A stretch of 64,000 bases of DNA from Eledone cirrhosa. Taxonomy: Eukaryota. The translations under genes were made by a program, and so were the position numbers. This document shows, piece by piece, positions 1-12,998 of the stretch (positions are counted from its first letter, which is position 1; the number at the start of each line of letters is the position of its first letter). The stretch lies in the NCBI GenBank assembly GCA_964016885.1, contig OZ024763.1:9858001-9922000 (forward strand). Direction: 5' to 3'. Below the pieces are notes generated by a model that saw only the letters and a list, made by a program, of their open reading frames with translations, did no database searches and had not been told where the DNA came from.

Positions 1-585
1 GAGAGAGACTGAGCATAAGAGGAATCAAATGCTGCGTGCAGGAGAGGCGGTTACGCTGGTATGGACATGTGATGCGTATGAAGGATGACAGCTGCATAAA
101 AAGGTGCAGAGCACTAGAAGTTGATGGAAACCGCGGAGTGGGGAGACCCAAGATGACTTGGGATGAGGTGATAAAAGCCGACCTTACCCAACTACACCTC
201 TCAAAGTCAATGACACACGACCGTGACTTCTGGCGTCACGCAGTAATACAGGGTACCCGACCTCCCATGGGTACATGCTGAAGCATATAAACAATATGCC
301 CCCCCCCCCACCGCAAGGTGGTCGTGGAGGTGCCACGGCAAAAAAGCACCCAGCCCACACTGTAAAGTGGACGTGTAGGCGCCACGAAAAAGCACCCAGC
401 ACTCACTGTAAATGAGGTTGGTGTTAGGAAGGGCATCCAGCTGTAGAAATCAAGCCAGATCAGTTCCTGTATGAGCAAGGCATGGTCAGCCGACCAGACA
501 CTGCCCACAACAGGACAACCCGTCTAACCCATGCTAGCGTGGAAGAACGGACGTAAAACGGTGATGATGATGATGATGATGATGT
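1..585 (+). mobile_element. 3' end of an RTE-clade LINE (ORF C-terminus, 3' UTR, (GAT)n tail)
   Basis: ERRLRWYGHVMR...GRPKMTWDEVI; tail homologous to 17504-17861. Confidence 0.88.
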
Positions 586-748
586 ACACATGTATGAATG
601 CATATATATAAACATACATGTGTGTATATATATATATGTGTGTGTGCGTGATTTGAATATAAAGGGGGGTAACTGAATATTGCAAAGTATCCTGTTCGTC
701 CCTCTCCTTTTCTTTCATCTCTCTCTTGATATTCTGATTTTTTTCCAG

Positions 749-860
749 AAATGCATCGGACACAGACAGACTTTGAAGACCAGCTGATATTTAAAGTGTT
801 TCTTTTCCAGTTTGTCAACTTCTATTCATCAATATTCTACATTGCTTTTTTTAAAGGCAG
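749..860 (+). CDS. ANO7: Anoctamin-7-like (TMEM16) internal exon, [38 protein letters not shown]
   Basis: ttccag acceptor and gtaagt donor; translation matches the anoctamin TM5 motif; phase fits the next exon. Confidence 0.93.
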
Positions 861-1074
861 GTAAGTAAACTAGTTGGGTTCTTCTTCACCCACTTATTCC
901 TGTCGTAAGCAACCATCTCCAATTGATCTAGCAGGATCCCCAAGAGAGACCAAGCTGAGCTCATGGATATTATTTAACCATCTTTTTCTAAATATCAGCT
1001 TAATAACTTGGTTATTTACAAAATTTTTTGAAAACCATAGACTGCGTTAAATAAAAAATTTGTTTGTTTCACAG

Positions 1075-1129
1075 ATTTATTGGTTACCCTGGAAACTACA
1101 AAAGACTTTTTGGATTGAGGCAGGAAGAG
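1075..1129 (+). CDS. ANO7: Anoctamin-7-like exon, FIGYPGNYKRLFGLRQEE
   Basis: acag acceptor, gtaagt donor; F.GYPGNY..LFG.R.EE motif. Confidence 0.92.
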
Positions 1130-1535
1130 GTAAGTTCTATTATATACTTATGAAATACTCTAGTGTATACTAAGGCAACATATGTGTGTATATTCAACTA
1201 ATTTTCTCAATTAAATAATAGTGATCAACTGTTATTGTAGTTATTTTTTGCCATTGAGACACATTTTCAAATTTCAAACTCTCATGGCACTTTGATAATT
1301 CATAAGGTTTATTTATATCCAAATATGCTCTAACCACAAACTGTACTGTATAGTATTCTATAAAAGGAAATGTCAGTCGAACCTGAATGTAATTGTAACA
1401 CACTTACACGGTATTTGAGAGATACAGGGCTTGATTCCTTGTTGGTGCTTCTGTCCACTGTTTTCTGTCTCTGAGGGGAGTTTATCCATTTTTTAAAACT
1501 ATTATTTAACCCTTTACCATTTACATTACTCCATA

Positions 1536-1712
1536 TTGGCAGTATCGGTAGAGGGTTGGACGCTATGCTTTCTAGCATAGTTACGTCCCTTTACAGTCTG
1601 AGTTCAAATCCTACCGAGGTTAACTTTGCCTTTCATCCTTACGGGGTCGATAAAATAAAGTACCAGTAATGTACTGGGTAATTTGCTGGCCTTGTGCCTA
1701 GAGTAGAAACAA
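1536..1712 (+). mobile_element. tRNA-derived CORE-like SINE
   Basis: A box TGGCAGTATCGG, B box GAGTTCAAATCC, body GCCTTTCATCCTTACGGGGTCGATAAAATAAAGTACCAG; many copies in the window. Confidence 0.85.
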
Positions 1713-2272
1713 TTACTCTATATATACTATTGTATTTTCACAGTAAAGGCTTTACCTTACATAATATCTCACATAACATTTACATTACTCTATATATACT
1801 ATTGTATTTTCACAGTAAAGGCTTTACCTTACATAATATCTCACATAACATTTACATTACTCTATATATACTATTGTATTTTCACAGTAAAGGCTTTACC
1901 TTACATAATATCTCACATAACATTTACATTACTCTATATATATACTATTGTATTTTCACAGTAAAGACTTTACCTCACATAATATCTCACATAACATTTA
2001 CATTACTCTATATATACTATTGTATTTTCATAGTAAAGGCTTTACCTCACATAATATCTCACATAACATTTACATTACTCTATATATACTATTGTATTTT
2101 CACAGTAAAGACTTTACCTCACATAATATCTCACATAACATTTACATTACTCTATATATACTATTGTATTTTCATGGTAAAGGCTTTACCTCACATAATA
2201 TCTCACATAACATTTACATTACTCTATATATACTATTGTATTTTCACAGTAAAGGTTTTACCTTACATAATA
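1712..2272. repeat. 72-bp minisatellite, about 8 copies
   Basis: direct tandem repeat; 24-aa period in ORF track. Confidence 0.95.
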
Positions 2273-3179
2273 TTGAATCTATGAGATTTGATATTAATTA
2301 ATTTGAGAACAATACCTTAATATAAGTATGAGAAGCCACTTATGGCTGGTTTGAACAGAAAAAGGTGAGAGAATTCTGATTGGATACGGCCGGTTTGAAT
2401 GCTAAAGGGTTAAAATGATTTACTGAAATTACACTTACTTTCATTTTTGTATGTGTCTATATATGTGTTGGCGGAATCTGAAAGATAACAGGTCCTGATG
2501 AGTGTACAGCGGTGGAGAGAGATAGACAGGTGAGAGAGAGAGACAGGTGAAAGAGAGATAGACAGGTGAGAGAGAGATAGACAGGTGATAGAGAGACAGG
2601 TGATAGAGAGACAGGTGAGAGAGATAGACAGGTGAGAGAGCAATATACAGGTGAGAAGAAGAAGGTGGAATTAAGAAAAGTAAAGTGGAGGAAAAAATGA
2701 GAGTTGTGGTATATTTAAATAATGCAGGAAGCAAAGAAAATATCAATGATACAAAAAGATTTCCAGGAGGAAGTTCAGGTAAACTCCAGGTGTAGATCCA
2801 TATATATATATTAAGAGAGTATATCAAGAAAGAGGGAGAGAAACTATAGAAACTATCAAACTGTTGAATAATTTGAAATTCTTTAGAAAACGTAGTAAGG
2901 ATCTGACTGCAACAGCAGTCGATTGTTCTAAATAATAGCTTAGAAAATTAGATAAAATATGGAATCTGTGGCCAGAGTCCTCTTTAGTTCAATGGTTACA
3001 GCACTCAGATTTCAAGAGATATGGAGTTCATTTCCCCATATCTGCTGCTGGCCTCTTATTTCTGTCTATTGGGGTAGTTTACCTAATTTTCTAAGCTATT
3101 ATTTATAGCAATCAACTATTGTTACAGTTATTTTCTGCATTTGGGATCCCTACTAGATTTTCTAAACAATATATATATA

Positions 3180-3440
3180 CATTTTTTCATGCTCAGAGTT
3201 GCTGAAGCATGGAACAAACTACCTGCATCAGTTGGGACACTGTATCCTTTGAAACCTCCATGCTTCCTGAAATTCGCCAACACTACATCCCTCTATATGC
3301 ATGCACACATGTATATCATGACTCTTACACTGTTCACTTTGCTGACATTTGTACATTATTCTATGTACTATACATGCACCTTTGATGAGTTGTAGTGCAC
3401 CTGAGCACTGTACACAATAATTTCATTATTATTATTATTA
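3180..3440 (+). mobile_element. CR1-like LINE 3' fragment with (ATT)n tail
   Basis: LRVAEAWNKLP; similar to 45600-45930. Confidence 0.8.
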
Positions 3441-4895
3441 TACATTATTTATAAATATATATATATCCAAAAATAGAATTTCTTTTACAACCCTACTGTT
3501 GCCATAGAATTTGTCTCTAGCTTACAAATCCCCCCCCCCCCCCATCTGAACTCTTGACCAGTCCATTAACACAATTGAGATACACATATTTATAGAATAA
3601 TTCCTTTGTCCTAAATTGTTCTGTGAAGAAACACAACTACCACCACTACTGCTGCTACTTCATGACTACACCTCTCTCTCTATACAGGAGAGTTCATTCT
3701 CCAGTCTCCTTCTCAACAAGGAAGATGAAAAAAACTTACCTTTTAATTTCAAATATTTAATTTTTAGTTTTTAATTATTATTAATTCTAATTAATTCTTT
3801 TTAATTGTAATACTAAACATTTGATAAGATGAATTTTACTAATACATCGAAACCAGCAGTAATACTTTATATAATTTATATACTTTATAAAACTCTTTTT
3901 TAATAGAATTATCCCTCTCATCTTTTCAATAATGTCACTTTGACGGAAAAAAAGAAAACCAGACCCTAAAATATATTTTCCGTGCTATTTCCAACTTCAC
4001 CTTTTCTCTCTATATATAATATTGTTAAGCTAATATGTAATATATATATATATATTTCATACTAAGTGTTGACATTTGATAAGCAGTTTTAGATATGTGA
4101 GCTCAAACAAACACACCCACATACATACATACATGCACACACACACACACACAAGCACACACACACAAACACACATACACACACACACACACACAAACAA
4201 ACACACACACATACACACACACATGGACACATGTATATTTCATGGGATTGGGCAAATTGCCCTGGCCCTCTGTCCTTAGCTGAGTAACACAAGTTGTGTA
4301 TGGCACCACTACAAATGTGGGCAGTGGTTCACTAACTGACCATATTTGGTCATCTTGATCATATTGTTATATATTACACATATCACACATTACACATACA
4401 CACTCATCCAGACTCACATTCACACACACACTCACACATACATAAACATATATAAACATACAAAAACATATATAAAAAGTTTAAAAAAATAAATGAATAG
4501 AAAAAAATATATATACATAAAAATATACGCATAAAATATTTGTATATATATATAATGATGTACATAGTATGTATATACAATTGGCTCTCCTGAGTTCATT
4601 CACCTTTTAATGGGTTTTGTTTTTCATCCCATGGGGTATCCAATATCATCCTCCCCATTAGGCAAGCATGGTAGGGTTGCCAGTTTAGCCACAAATGACC
4701 AGTCTATGGAGCAGGTTGTACTAAGTTACATGTTACCAGTAGCATTCAAAAAGGAGCTCATCTGAGAGAAAAACTGGACAGAAGTGATAAGGGCAGATCA
4801 GAGAATGATGAATACCAGACAGAGATGACAGAAGAAAGAGATGGAGAGAGGTTGTGCTCGAGAGGACTTGTTGATGATGATATGTTGTCAGTGTA

Positions 4896-5259
4896 TCATC
4901 ATCATCATCATCACCGTTTTACATCCGTTCTTCCATGCTAGCATGGGTTAGACGGGTTGTCCTGTTGTGGGCAGTGTCTGGTCGGCTGACTATGCCTTGC
5001 TCATACAGGAACTGATTTGACTTGATTTCTACAGCTGGATGCTCTTCCTAACACCAACCTCATTTACAGTGAGTGCTGGGTGCTTTTTTGTGGTGCCTAC
5101 ACGTCCACTTTACAGTGTGGGCTGGGTGCTTTTTTGCCGTGGCACCTCCACAACCACCTTGCAGTGGGAGGGTGTGGGGGCATATTGTCTATATGCTTCA
5201 GCTTGTACCCATGGGAGGTCGGGTACTCTGTATTACTGCGTGACGCCAGAGGTCACGGT
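4896..5259 (-). mobile_element. RTE LINE 3' fragment, inverted near-copy of 220-584
   Basis: reverse complement aligns with few mismatches. Confidence 0.88.
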
Positions 5260-5278
5260 ATGTCTATATATATATATA

Positions 5279-5570
5279 GGATGGCAGCTGCATAAAAAGG
5301 TGCAGAGTGCTCAAAGTCAATGGAAGCCTTGGAGTGGGAATACCCAGGGAGACTTGGGATGAGCTGACCTTGCCAATTGCATTTCTCAAAGGCAGTACAT
5401 AGACCTCTGGCCTTATGCAGTAATACAGAAGACCTGACTTCCCACAGGCACAGGCTGAAGCTGAAGCATATAGACAGTGTGTCCCACCCCACTGTATAGT
5501 GTTCGTGTAGGTGTCACAACAAAAAGCACCCAGTACTCACTGTAAATGAGGTTGGCATTAGGAAGGGCAT
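5279..5570 (+). mobile_element. Decayed RTE LINE 3' fragment
   Basis: similar to 83-434. Confidence 0.7.
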
Positions 5571-5642
5571 AATAATAATTCTATCCTCCTCTACCTCTTC
5601 TTCTTCACCAATACCATCATGTTGTTGTTGTTGTTGTTACAG

Positions 5643-5740
5643 TGTAGCAATGGTGGCTGTCTAATGGAGTTGGCCCAACAGTTGGCTGTCATTATGGTGG
5701 GTAAACAGATCATCAACAACATACAAGAGGTAGTAGTGCC
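5643..5740 (+). CDS. ANO7: Anoctamin-7-like exon, CSNGGCLMELAQQLAVIMVGKQIINNIQEVVVP
   Basis: ttacag acceptor, gtaagt donor; GGCL.EL..QL.VIMVGKQ TM6 motif. Confidence 0.93.
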
Positions 5741-6534
5741 GTAAGTAATGGCTAACTATATTTTCACCTTATACCTTGCAGTGTGTGTGCATCTGTGCAT
5801 GTATGTATGTGTTTGTGTATCTATGTGTGTAGCTGTGCATGTATATATGTATGTATCTATGTATGTATATACATGCATGCATGTGTATGTATGCATATAT
5901 ATATATATATATGTATGCATGTTATGTATATATATGTATGCATGAGTATGCATGTATGTATATATACATATATGTATATATATGTATGCATATGTATTTA
6001 TATGTGCAGGGACATAGAAATAGTCGGGCTGGCTACCCAATCGCGCGGTTAAACCACTGGGAGTGAAGGACCCCTAGCCTTTGTCAGGGCATTCTTCTAG
6101 GAGAAGACAACTCATGAAACTGGGATAACTTCGATATAAAACCTGCGGCTCAGTAGTTACTGATGATGTTGATCTTTTCTTCTTTTCGGGTTATAGCTAC
6201 TGTCGCTCAGAGAGTGGGATTGGCTCAGTGAACAGTCTTTCCTCACTTTAAAAAATATCTTCACACACAGGCATTGCACGATAGAATTAATTAATAATTA
6301 TTAATAATGTTATATTGTGCAATGGCCATACTCAATAACGAGGGGGCAGCCATCATCATGTATGTGTGTATGTCTGTATATGTATGTATATGTGTATGGT
6401 GGTGCTGTATTGTCAAGCTTTCTTTACACCTCTTAGTATGGGGTATATATGTGTCTCTATATGTGTATGTATGTGTGTATGTATGTGTATATGTATGTGT
6501 ATATGTATATATGTATGCATGTATGTATGTATAT

Positions 6535-8421
6535 AACTACAGAGGTATATCATTGCTTTCTGTCGTAGGGAAAGTTTTATGTAGGGTGCTTCTGGACCGT
6601 CTGCTGACACACATTGCAGATTGTGTTCTTCCTGAAAGTCAATCTGGTTTTCGTGTTGGACGCGGCTCTACTGATATGATCTTCTCAGCTAGACAGCTCC
6701 AGGAGAAGTGCATGGAATAAGGTTTGGATCTGTATCAGGTTTTTGTTGATCTGACAAAAGCTTTCAATATTGTTAACAGAAATGCATTATGGAAGGTTCT
6801 CTAGAAACTTGGTTGCCCTGATAAGTTCCTTGCTTTAGTTAGGTCTTTCCATGACAACATGAAGGCTTGGGTTAATGTCAGAGGTAACATGTCGGAGCCT
6901 ATCTCAGTAAAAAATGGAGTGAAACAGGGGGATATTCCAGCACTGACCCTGTTTGCCATATACTTTGCAATGGTTTTCTATATTGCATTCAGGAATTGCG
7001 AGCATTGTGTTTACATCCGATATCGAACCTCAGGCAGCATATTTAACATCAGGCGCTTTGCTGCAAAAACAAAAGTATTTACATCAATCATAAGAGACCT
7101 CTTGTATGCAGATGATTGCGATCTTGTAGTGCACACAGAGTGATATGCAGCACATTTTGAATGCATTTTCTGACGCTTGCACTGCCCTAGGATTGACTGT
7201 CAGTCTCAAGAAAACCGTCGTCATGTGCCAACCTGCCCCTGGTAAGCAGTACAGTGAGACAAATATCTATGTGTATGGTAAACGACTTGGAGTGGTTGAT
7301 CAGTTTGTCTACCTAGGAAGCACTGTCAATCGATACAGCAACCTTGATAGGGAAATTCCACTCAGGATTAGGAAAGCAAGTGATGCTTTCGGAAAGCTAG
7401 AAAGGCGACTCTGAGGTTGGCGAGACATATGCAAGAAGACAAAGGTAAAGGTGTACAAGGCATATGTGCTTTCTTCTCCTCTTTATGCCTGCGACACCTG
7501 GGTCACATATCGACACCACCTTAAACAATTGGAGCGTTTCCATCAGATATGTCTCAGACGGATCCATGGTGTTCACTGGAGGGACCACATCAGTGATGTC
7601 GAGATTTTGGAAAGCTCTCTGTGTGACATAATAGAAGCTCTTGTGCTTAAGCAAAGACTCCGTTGGAGTGGTCACCTTGCCAGGATGAAGGATTCTAGAA
7701 TTCCAAAACAACTCTTTTATGGAGAGTTAGTTAAAGGAAAACAACTTCCACATAAACCAAAAAAGAGGTATAAGGATTCGTTGAAAGCCTCTTTGAAAGA
7801 CGCTAACATCTCTGCTGATACATGGGAAAATGTTGCTGCTGATCGTAATAAATGGAGAAAGACTGTATATGAGGGGAAAGTTGCCTTTGAGGCATCTCGA
7901 ATCGCATACGAGAAAGTAAAGAGGGATGTGAGGAAGGGCATTACTGTTGCATTTCCAGACAGCGAAGGTCCTCCTATGGCGCTGACAGGCAGCATCTGTG
8001 CGAGACTCTGCCTCAGCAAAGCTGGACTCGAAAGTCATCTTCGCAGTCATAAAGTGAGACCAGTGGTTGACTACCAGGCTGCTGTTGGAGATGCTACTCA
8101 TCATGCTTGCCAAGTATGTGGTAGAGAATGTAAATCAGCAGGAGGGCTCAAGCGACATGCAAAAGTACATGAACTCCAACCACAGCTGGCTATTCCCAGT
8201 GAATGTTTTGGTTGCCAACTCTGTGCAAGACATTTTAGATTATAGCCACATTCGATTGCAGCACTGTTAATTGTTATCGTGTGTGTGTATGTGTATATGT
8301 ATATATATAGATATGTATGTGTGTGTGTGTTATTATTATTATTATTGTTGTTATTATTGTCGTTATTATGTTTTTTTTTTTCGTGCAATGGCCATACTCA
8401 ATAACGAGGGGGCAGCCATCA
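6535..8421 (+). mobile_element. 5'-truncated, stop-disrupted RTE (BovB-like) LINE with C-terminal C2H2 fingers
   Basis: NYRGISLLS, PESQSGFR, GVKQG, LLYADD, LRWSGH; CQVC...H...H; in-frame stops. Confidence 0.9.
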
Positions 8422-8592
8422 AGTATTTATACATATATGTATGTATGAATGTATGTATGTATGTGTATGTATGTTTGTGTGTATGTATCTGTTGCTGTTG
8501 TATATTCCTCCTTTTTCACAACTTGCTCTCCACCATCAAGATGAAATGATAAAGTCCCATAATTACTCTTCCTCTTCTTCTCTCTCTCCTAG

Positions 8593-8717
8593 AAAGCTAA
8601 AGACCTACATTCACAGATTCAAGATAAGGACAAAGGATACAGATACTAAAGTAGAGAAAACCAGTGATTTCAGCCTGATTCAGCACGAAGGGCTCTTTGA
8701 TGAGTACCTGGAAATGA
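8593..8717 (+). CDS. ANO7: Anoctamin-7-like exon, KLKTYIHRFK...HEGLFDEYLEM
   Basis: polypyrimidine ctag acceptor, gtaatg donor; EYLEM calcium-binding motif; phases fit both neighbours. Confidence 0.9.
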
Positions 8718-8896
8718 GTAATGTTCTAAATTTTATTATCAACTTCTATATATTTCTATATCACTATGCCGCTCTTTATATTTCTATATATTTATATATA
8801 TTTCTCATACGATGATAACCACCATGCTGTCTCTCCGTCTCACAATTTCCCTCCCACCAGTCCACACACCAACATTGATGTATTGACCAATCAAAG

Positions 8897-9570
8897 TACC
8901 CAGCCCACACTGTTATGTTGGTCATGTTGGTGTCACGACAAAAGGTACTCAGCCCACACTGTTATGTTGGTCATGTTGGTGTCACGACAAAAGGTACCCA
9001 GCCCACACTGTTATGTTGGTCATGTAGGTGTCACAACAAAAGGTACCCACTACTTACTGTAAAGTGATCATGTTGGTGTCATGACAAAAGGTACCCAGCC
9101 CACACTGTTATGTTGGTCATGTAGGTGTCACTACAAAAGGTACCCAGCCCACACTGTTATGTTGGTCATGTAGGTGTCACGACAAAAGGTACCCTGCCCA
9201 CACTGTTATGTTGGTCATGTAGGTGTCACGACAAAGGTACCCAGCCCACACTGTTATGTTGGTCATGTAGGTGTCACGACAAAAGGTACCCAGCCCACAC
9301 TGTTATGTTGGTCATGTAGGTGTCACAACAAAAGGTACCCACTACTTACTGTAAAGTGATCATGTTGGTGTCATGACAAAAAGCACCCAGCACTCACTGT
9401 AAATGAGGTTGGCGCTAGGAAGGGCATCCAGCTGTAGAAACCAAGCCAAAAATCAGTTCTGTATGAAGACATGGTCACCTGACCTGGCATTGCTCACAAC
9501 AGGATAACTCGTCTAACCCATGCTAGCATGGGAAAATGTACATTAAACGCTGATGATGATGATGATGGCA
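8897..9570 (+). repeat. About 48-bp tandem repeat amplified inside an RTE 3' tail, ending in (GAT)n
   Basis: unit AAAAGGTACCCAGCCCACACTGTTATGTTGGTCATGTAGGTGTCACGAC followed by the standard tail. Confidence 0.85.
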
Positions 9571-9867
9571 AAATGAACAGACCTGCTTTTTCTCAATTAA
9601 TTTTTTTTCTTTTCTACCCCTGCCCACTCTCTTCTCTCTTTCTATTTCTTCTTTAATTTCTCATTCTATTTTCTGATGAAGGACTAGCATCTGAAACATT
9701 AAGATATTTCTTACTACATTAAGAATGAAACTAATATATATCTTCATTGCATTTGTTGTTGTTGTTGTTATTGTCTCTAAAAGACATACATGTGGTCTAA
9801 AGGATTACTCCTGGTCTTTCCCTCCACTATCATAAGTGTCCACTCTGAAACCAAGAATTCATTTATG

Positions 9868-10082
9868 GTTTCTGATTTAGGCACAAGACCAACAATTTTG
9901 GGGAGGTGAAAGTTGATTAAATCAACCTCAGTGCATTACTGGTACTTCATTTTATCAACCCCATAAGGATGAAAGGCAATGCTAATCTCGGTGAGATTTG
10001 AACTCAGAACGTAAAGGGCCGTAACTATATGCCTCAAAGAATGTTGTCCAACACTCTACCCATACTGCCAATCCAGCACTAC
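9868..10082 (-). mobile_element. tRNA-derived SINE, diverged
   Basis: reverse complement of the 1536-1712 family. Confidence 0.75.
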
Positions 10083-10428
10083 CTCAAATAACACGGCCCG
10101 TGTTGCTTTTGTGAAAATACAACTTCGATAAATTACTGTAAATATTTCTCTCCTAGTTTGATTTATTTAAGGAAACTATTTCGAGAGCTTAAAACATTTT
10201 CATTTTAAAAAGTAAAAATTAAAAATAAAAATATCTTAAATTCCTTCTAAACTTTTAGATTTATTATTTAAATGCTGTGTCTTTGCATTCCTACAATATC
10301 TTGGATTTATTTTCCCAATCGATTACACTTTGGATGAATCTGTTTTTTTGTATTTTCTTGGCATAACTTTACCATTATTGATCTTTCAATTTATTACTGT
10401 TGCTATATATATATATATAGCAACAGTA

Positions 10429-10470
<42 letters not shown>

Positions 10471-10523
10471 GTGGGGGAGATATGTTACTAGTTAAGACGA
10501 GTCAGACCATTAATACTCTATAC

Positions 10524-11073
10524 CAGGGTTTCCCAACCCTTTTTTGGGGCACAAACTTTTTTGTCAACGCCCCTCTCCCCCTGTCAAATTAAATTTCAAA
10601 TAAGATACTGAATTCATCTTACATCAAATCGGTACAAAATCTAAAACAAATGTGCGTGGTTGGGCCTTTAATCGTCAGGGGTCAATTTAAGTTCAATCGC
10701 AGAAAGGAATTCAAAACAGCAACATACTCACATAGACGCAATCATCCAAACATACATAAACACACATATCAGCCATTCCCAAAAGCCAGTTTCATCCAAA
10801 ATTCTGACCACCATTCTTTATATATTTGCACACAAATACACAGATTCGGCTTTTCGCTTTTATTCATTGTTTGTTTGTTTTTTTTCTTTTAGTCGTCTAT
10901 CACCATTCATTTGTTTTTGTTTTGGGGGTTTCACTTTAGTGACACCAGTTACACCTGGTACCAGAAAATGGACAATGCCACCGCCCCCCAAATGAAATAA
11001 AAACTCCCACCGCCCCCTTTCAACACAACAGCTCCCACAAGGGGGGCGCTAGCACCCATGTTGGGAAACACTG
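10524..11073. mobile_element. hAT-type MITE
   Basis: TIRs CAGGGTTTCCCAAC / GTTGGGAAACACTG; 8-bp TSD ctctatac / ctcgatac. Confidence 0.8.
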
Positions 11074-11166
11074 CTCGATACTTAAGGACAGTTGAGTGAA
11101 GATATTATTATAAAGATTCTCTGTTCTAAGGTTAAGCTTTTACTATTGGTAAAAACTTAACATATA

Positions 11167-11975
11167 TACAAGGTGGTATCAAAAGGTTTCCTGGTTAGTT
11201 TTGTAGTGCACCAATAGATGGCAACACACGATTGTTCCCTCAGTGAGAACTAGCAGTGACATCGTTGTATTCACTTCACAAGTTGTGAAATGTGTGTTTT
11301 TGTGATCATGTTTATGCTGTAGCCTGTGATGTTGTCATGAACAGGAAGTTGGAACAAAGAGCCAACGTGAAATTTTGCGTTTAACTTGGGAAGTTTGCTA
11401 CAGAGACATTGAGCATGCTTTGGCAAGCTTATGGCGATGAGGCAATGGGTCGTACACAATGTTTTGATTGGCACAGGCACTTCAAAAGTGGAAGAACATC
11501 CCTGGAAGATGACAAGTGATCTGGAAGAGCTGCTGCCATGAGCATCACTCCCAGAAATGTGGAGAAAATTAATCAGCTTGTGCATGAGGATCGTCAGAGG
11601 ACAATCAATGACATTGCTAATGCTGTTGTTCTGTTGTATAGGTGCAGATAATCCTAATGTCTGAACAATGCATCCTGTCACCAAGCTCTCCTCTCTCGTG
11701 AGTTTCTCATCAAAAACAATATTGTATCGTTTCTGCACCCACCCTATTTGCTAGATTTAGCACCTGCAGACTTTCATCTCTTCTGCAAGCTGAAATGCCG
11801 CTCAAAGGTCACTATTTTAACACCATTGCCAAAATCCAGAGTGAATCGCAGAAGGTCCTCAACTTGCTTATGGAAAACAACTTCCAGGCTGGATTCCAAA
11901 AGTGGCAGAAACGCTGGGACTGGTGTATTGCTGTGCAAGGTGACTATTTTGAAGGAGATGATGTTAAAAGTTAGG
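11167..11975 (+). mobile_element. Internally deleted mariner transposon remnant (transposase pseudogene from 11337)
   Basis: EQRANVKFC HTH region, HPPYLLDLAPADFHLF, CIAVQGDYFEG; stops and frameshifts. Confidence 0.85.
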
Positions 11976-11980
11976 TAAGT

Positions 11981-12801
11981 ATTCATAGGAAAATAGAAAA
12001 ACTTAGCGTAAGGAAACTGTTAAAACTGCAAAATGCCGTCCAAACAGCGTTGGGTAAAACATTACCTCGAAGGACAGAAATCAGCAGCTCAAAGTGAGTT
12101 GACTCAAAGAATTGATACGAAGGAAGAAATAGAATAAATGAGAAGGGATCACAAATATTAAAATACACTCATTTCAGATCACCTGTAGTTTCAATGATTT
12201 GACTGAAATGACTGCGAAGGATAGGTGGCTCATAACAATGATATTTGAGTTAATTTTACTTATACCTTATCATAGCTATTTTAGCCTTCTATCGCAGATT
12301 GATATCACGCTTGGTGCATTGTCTTTTCTTCCCTCTTCCTCTATTCCCTGGTCTTTCTTTCTCTCCCTTCTCTCTTACTGCTCCTTTTCTTAGTTTTCTT
12401 ACATTTCTGCTTACAGTGCCATTGCTCTTCCTTTGTTGTGACAACTTAAGGTCGTGTGGATGTACTCCATTTTTTTTTCTCTCTCTCTGACCTGTCCCAA
12501 CACAAACATTATACCAACGAAGATATTTATTTCTCAGTTGTTACGAACCACATGTCATTCACAGTCATTTCAGTCAAATAGTTGAAACTGTAGGTGGTCT
12601 GAAATCTGATGAGTGTATTTTTATGTTTGTGATCTCTTCTCATCCATACTATTTCTTCCTTTCTTTCAATTCTTCAAGTCAACTCACTTCGAGCTGCTGA
12701 TTTCTGTCCTTCACTCTAATGTTTTACCCAACGCCATTTCAGTGGTATTTAACTGTTTTAACAACTTCCTTACGCCGAGTTTTTCCATTTTCCTATGAAT
12801 T
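11981..12801. repeat. Diverged ~260-bp inverted repeat with a ~290-bp spacer
   Basis: 11981-12240 is the reverse complement of 12540-12801; related sequence at 46120-46230. Confidence 0.8.
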
Positions 12802-12965
12802 CTTATACACTCACATTTCAAAACTCAATATTTGAGTTAATTTTGCCTTTATGTGAGTATATAAAATTTTTTTGAAACATAACTACTCCGGGAACTTTTT
12901 GATACCACCATATATATATATATATATATATGCATATATATATATATGCATGCATATATATATAT

Positions 12966-12996
<31 letters not shown>

Positions 12997-12998
<2 letters not shown>

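Larger units (their letters stand above)
1510..2409. mobile_element. piggyBac-type MITE containing a SINE and a 72-bp minisatellite
   Basis: TTAA|CCCTTTACCATT ... AATGCTAAAGGG|TTAA termini. Confidence 0.7.

Noticed and set aside
12606-12625. CTGATGA in the 12 kb inverted repeat
   Set aside because: No stem II or GAAA follows, and the mirror arm lacks it
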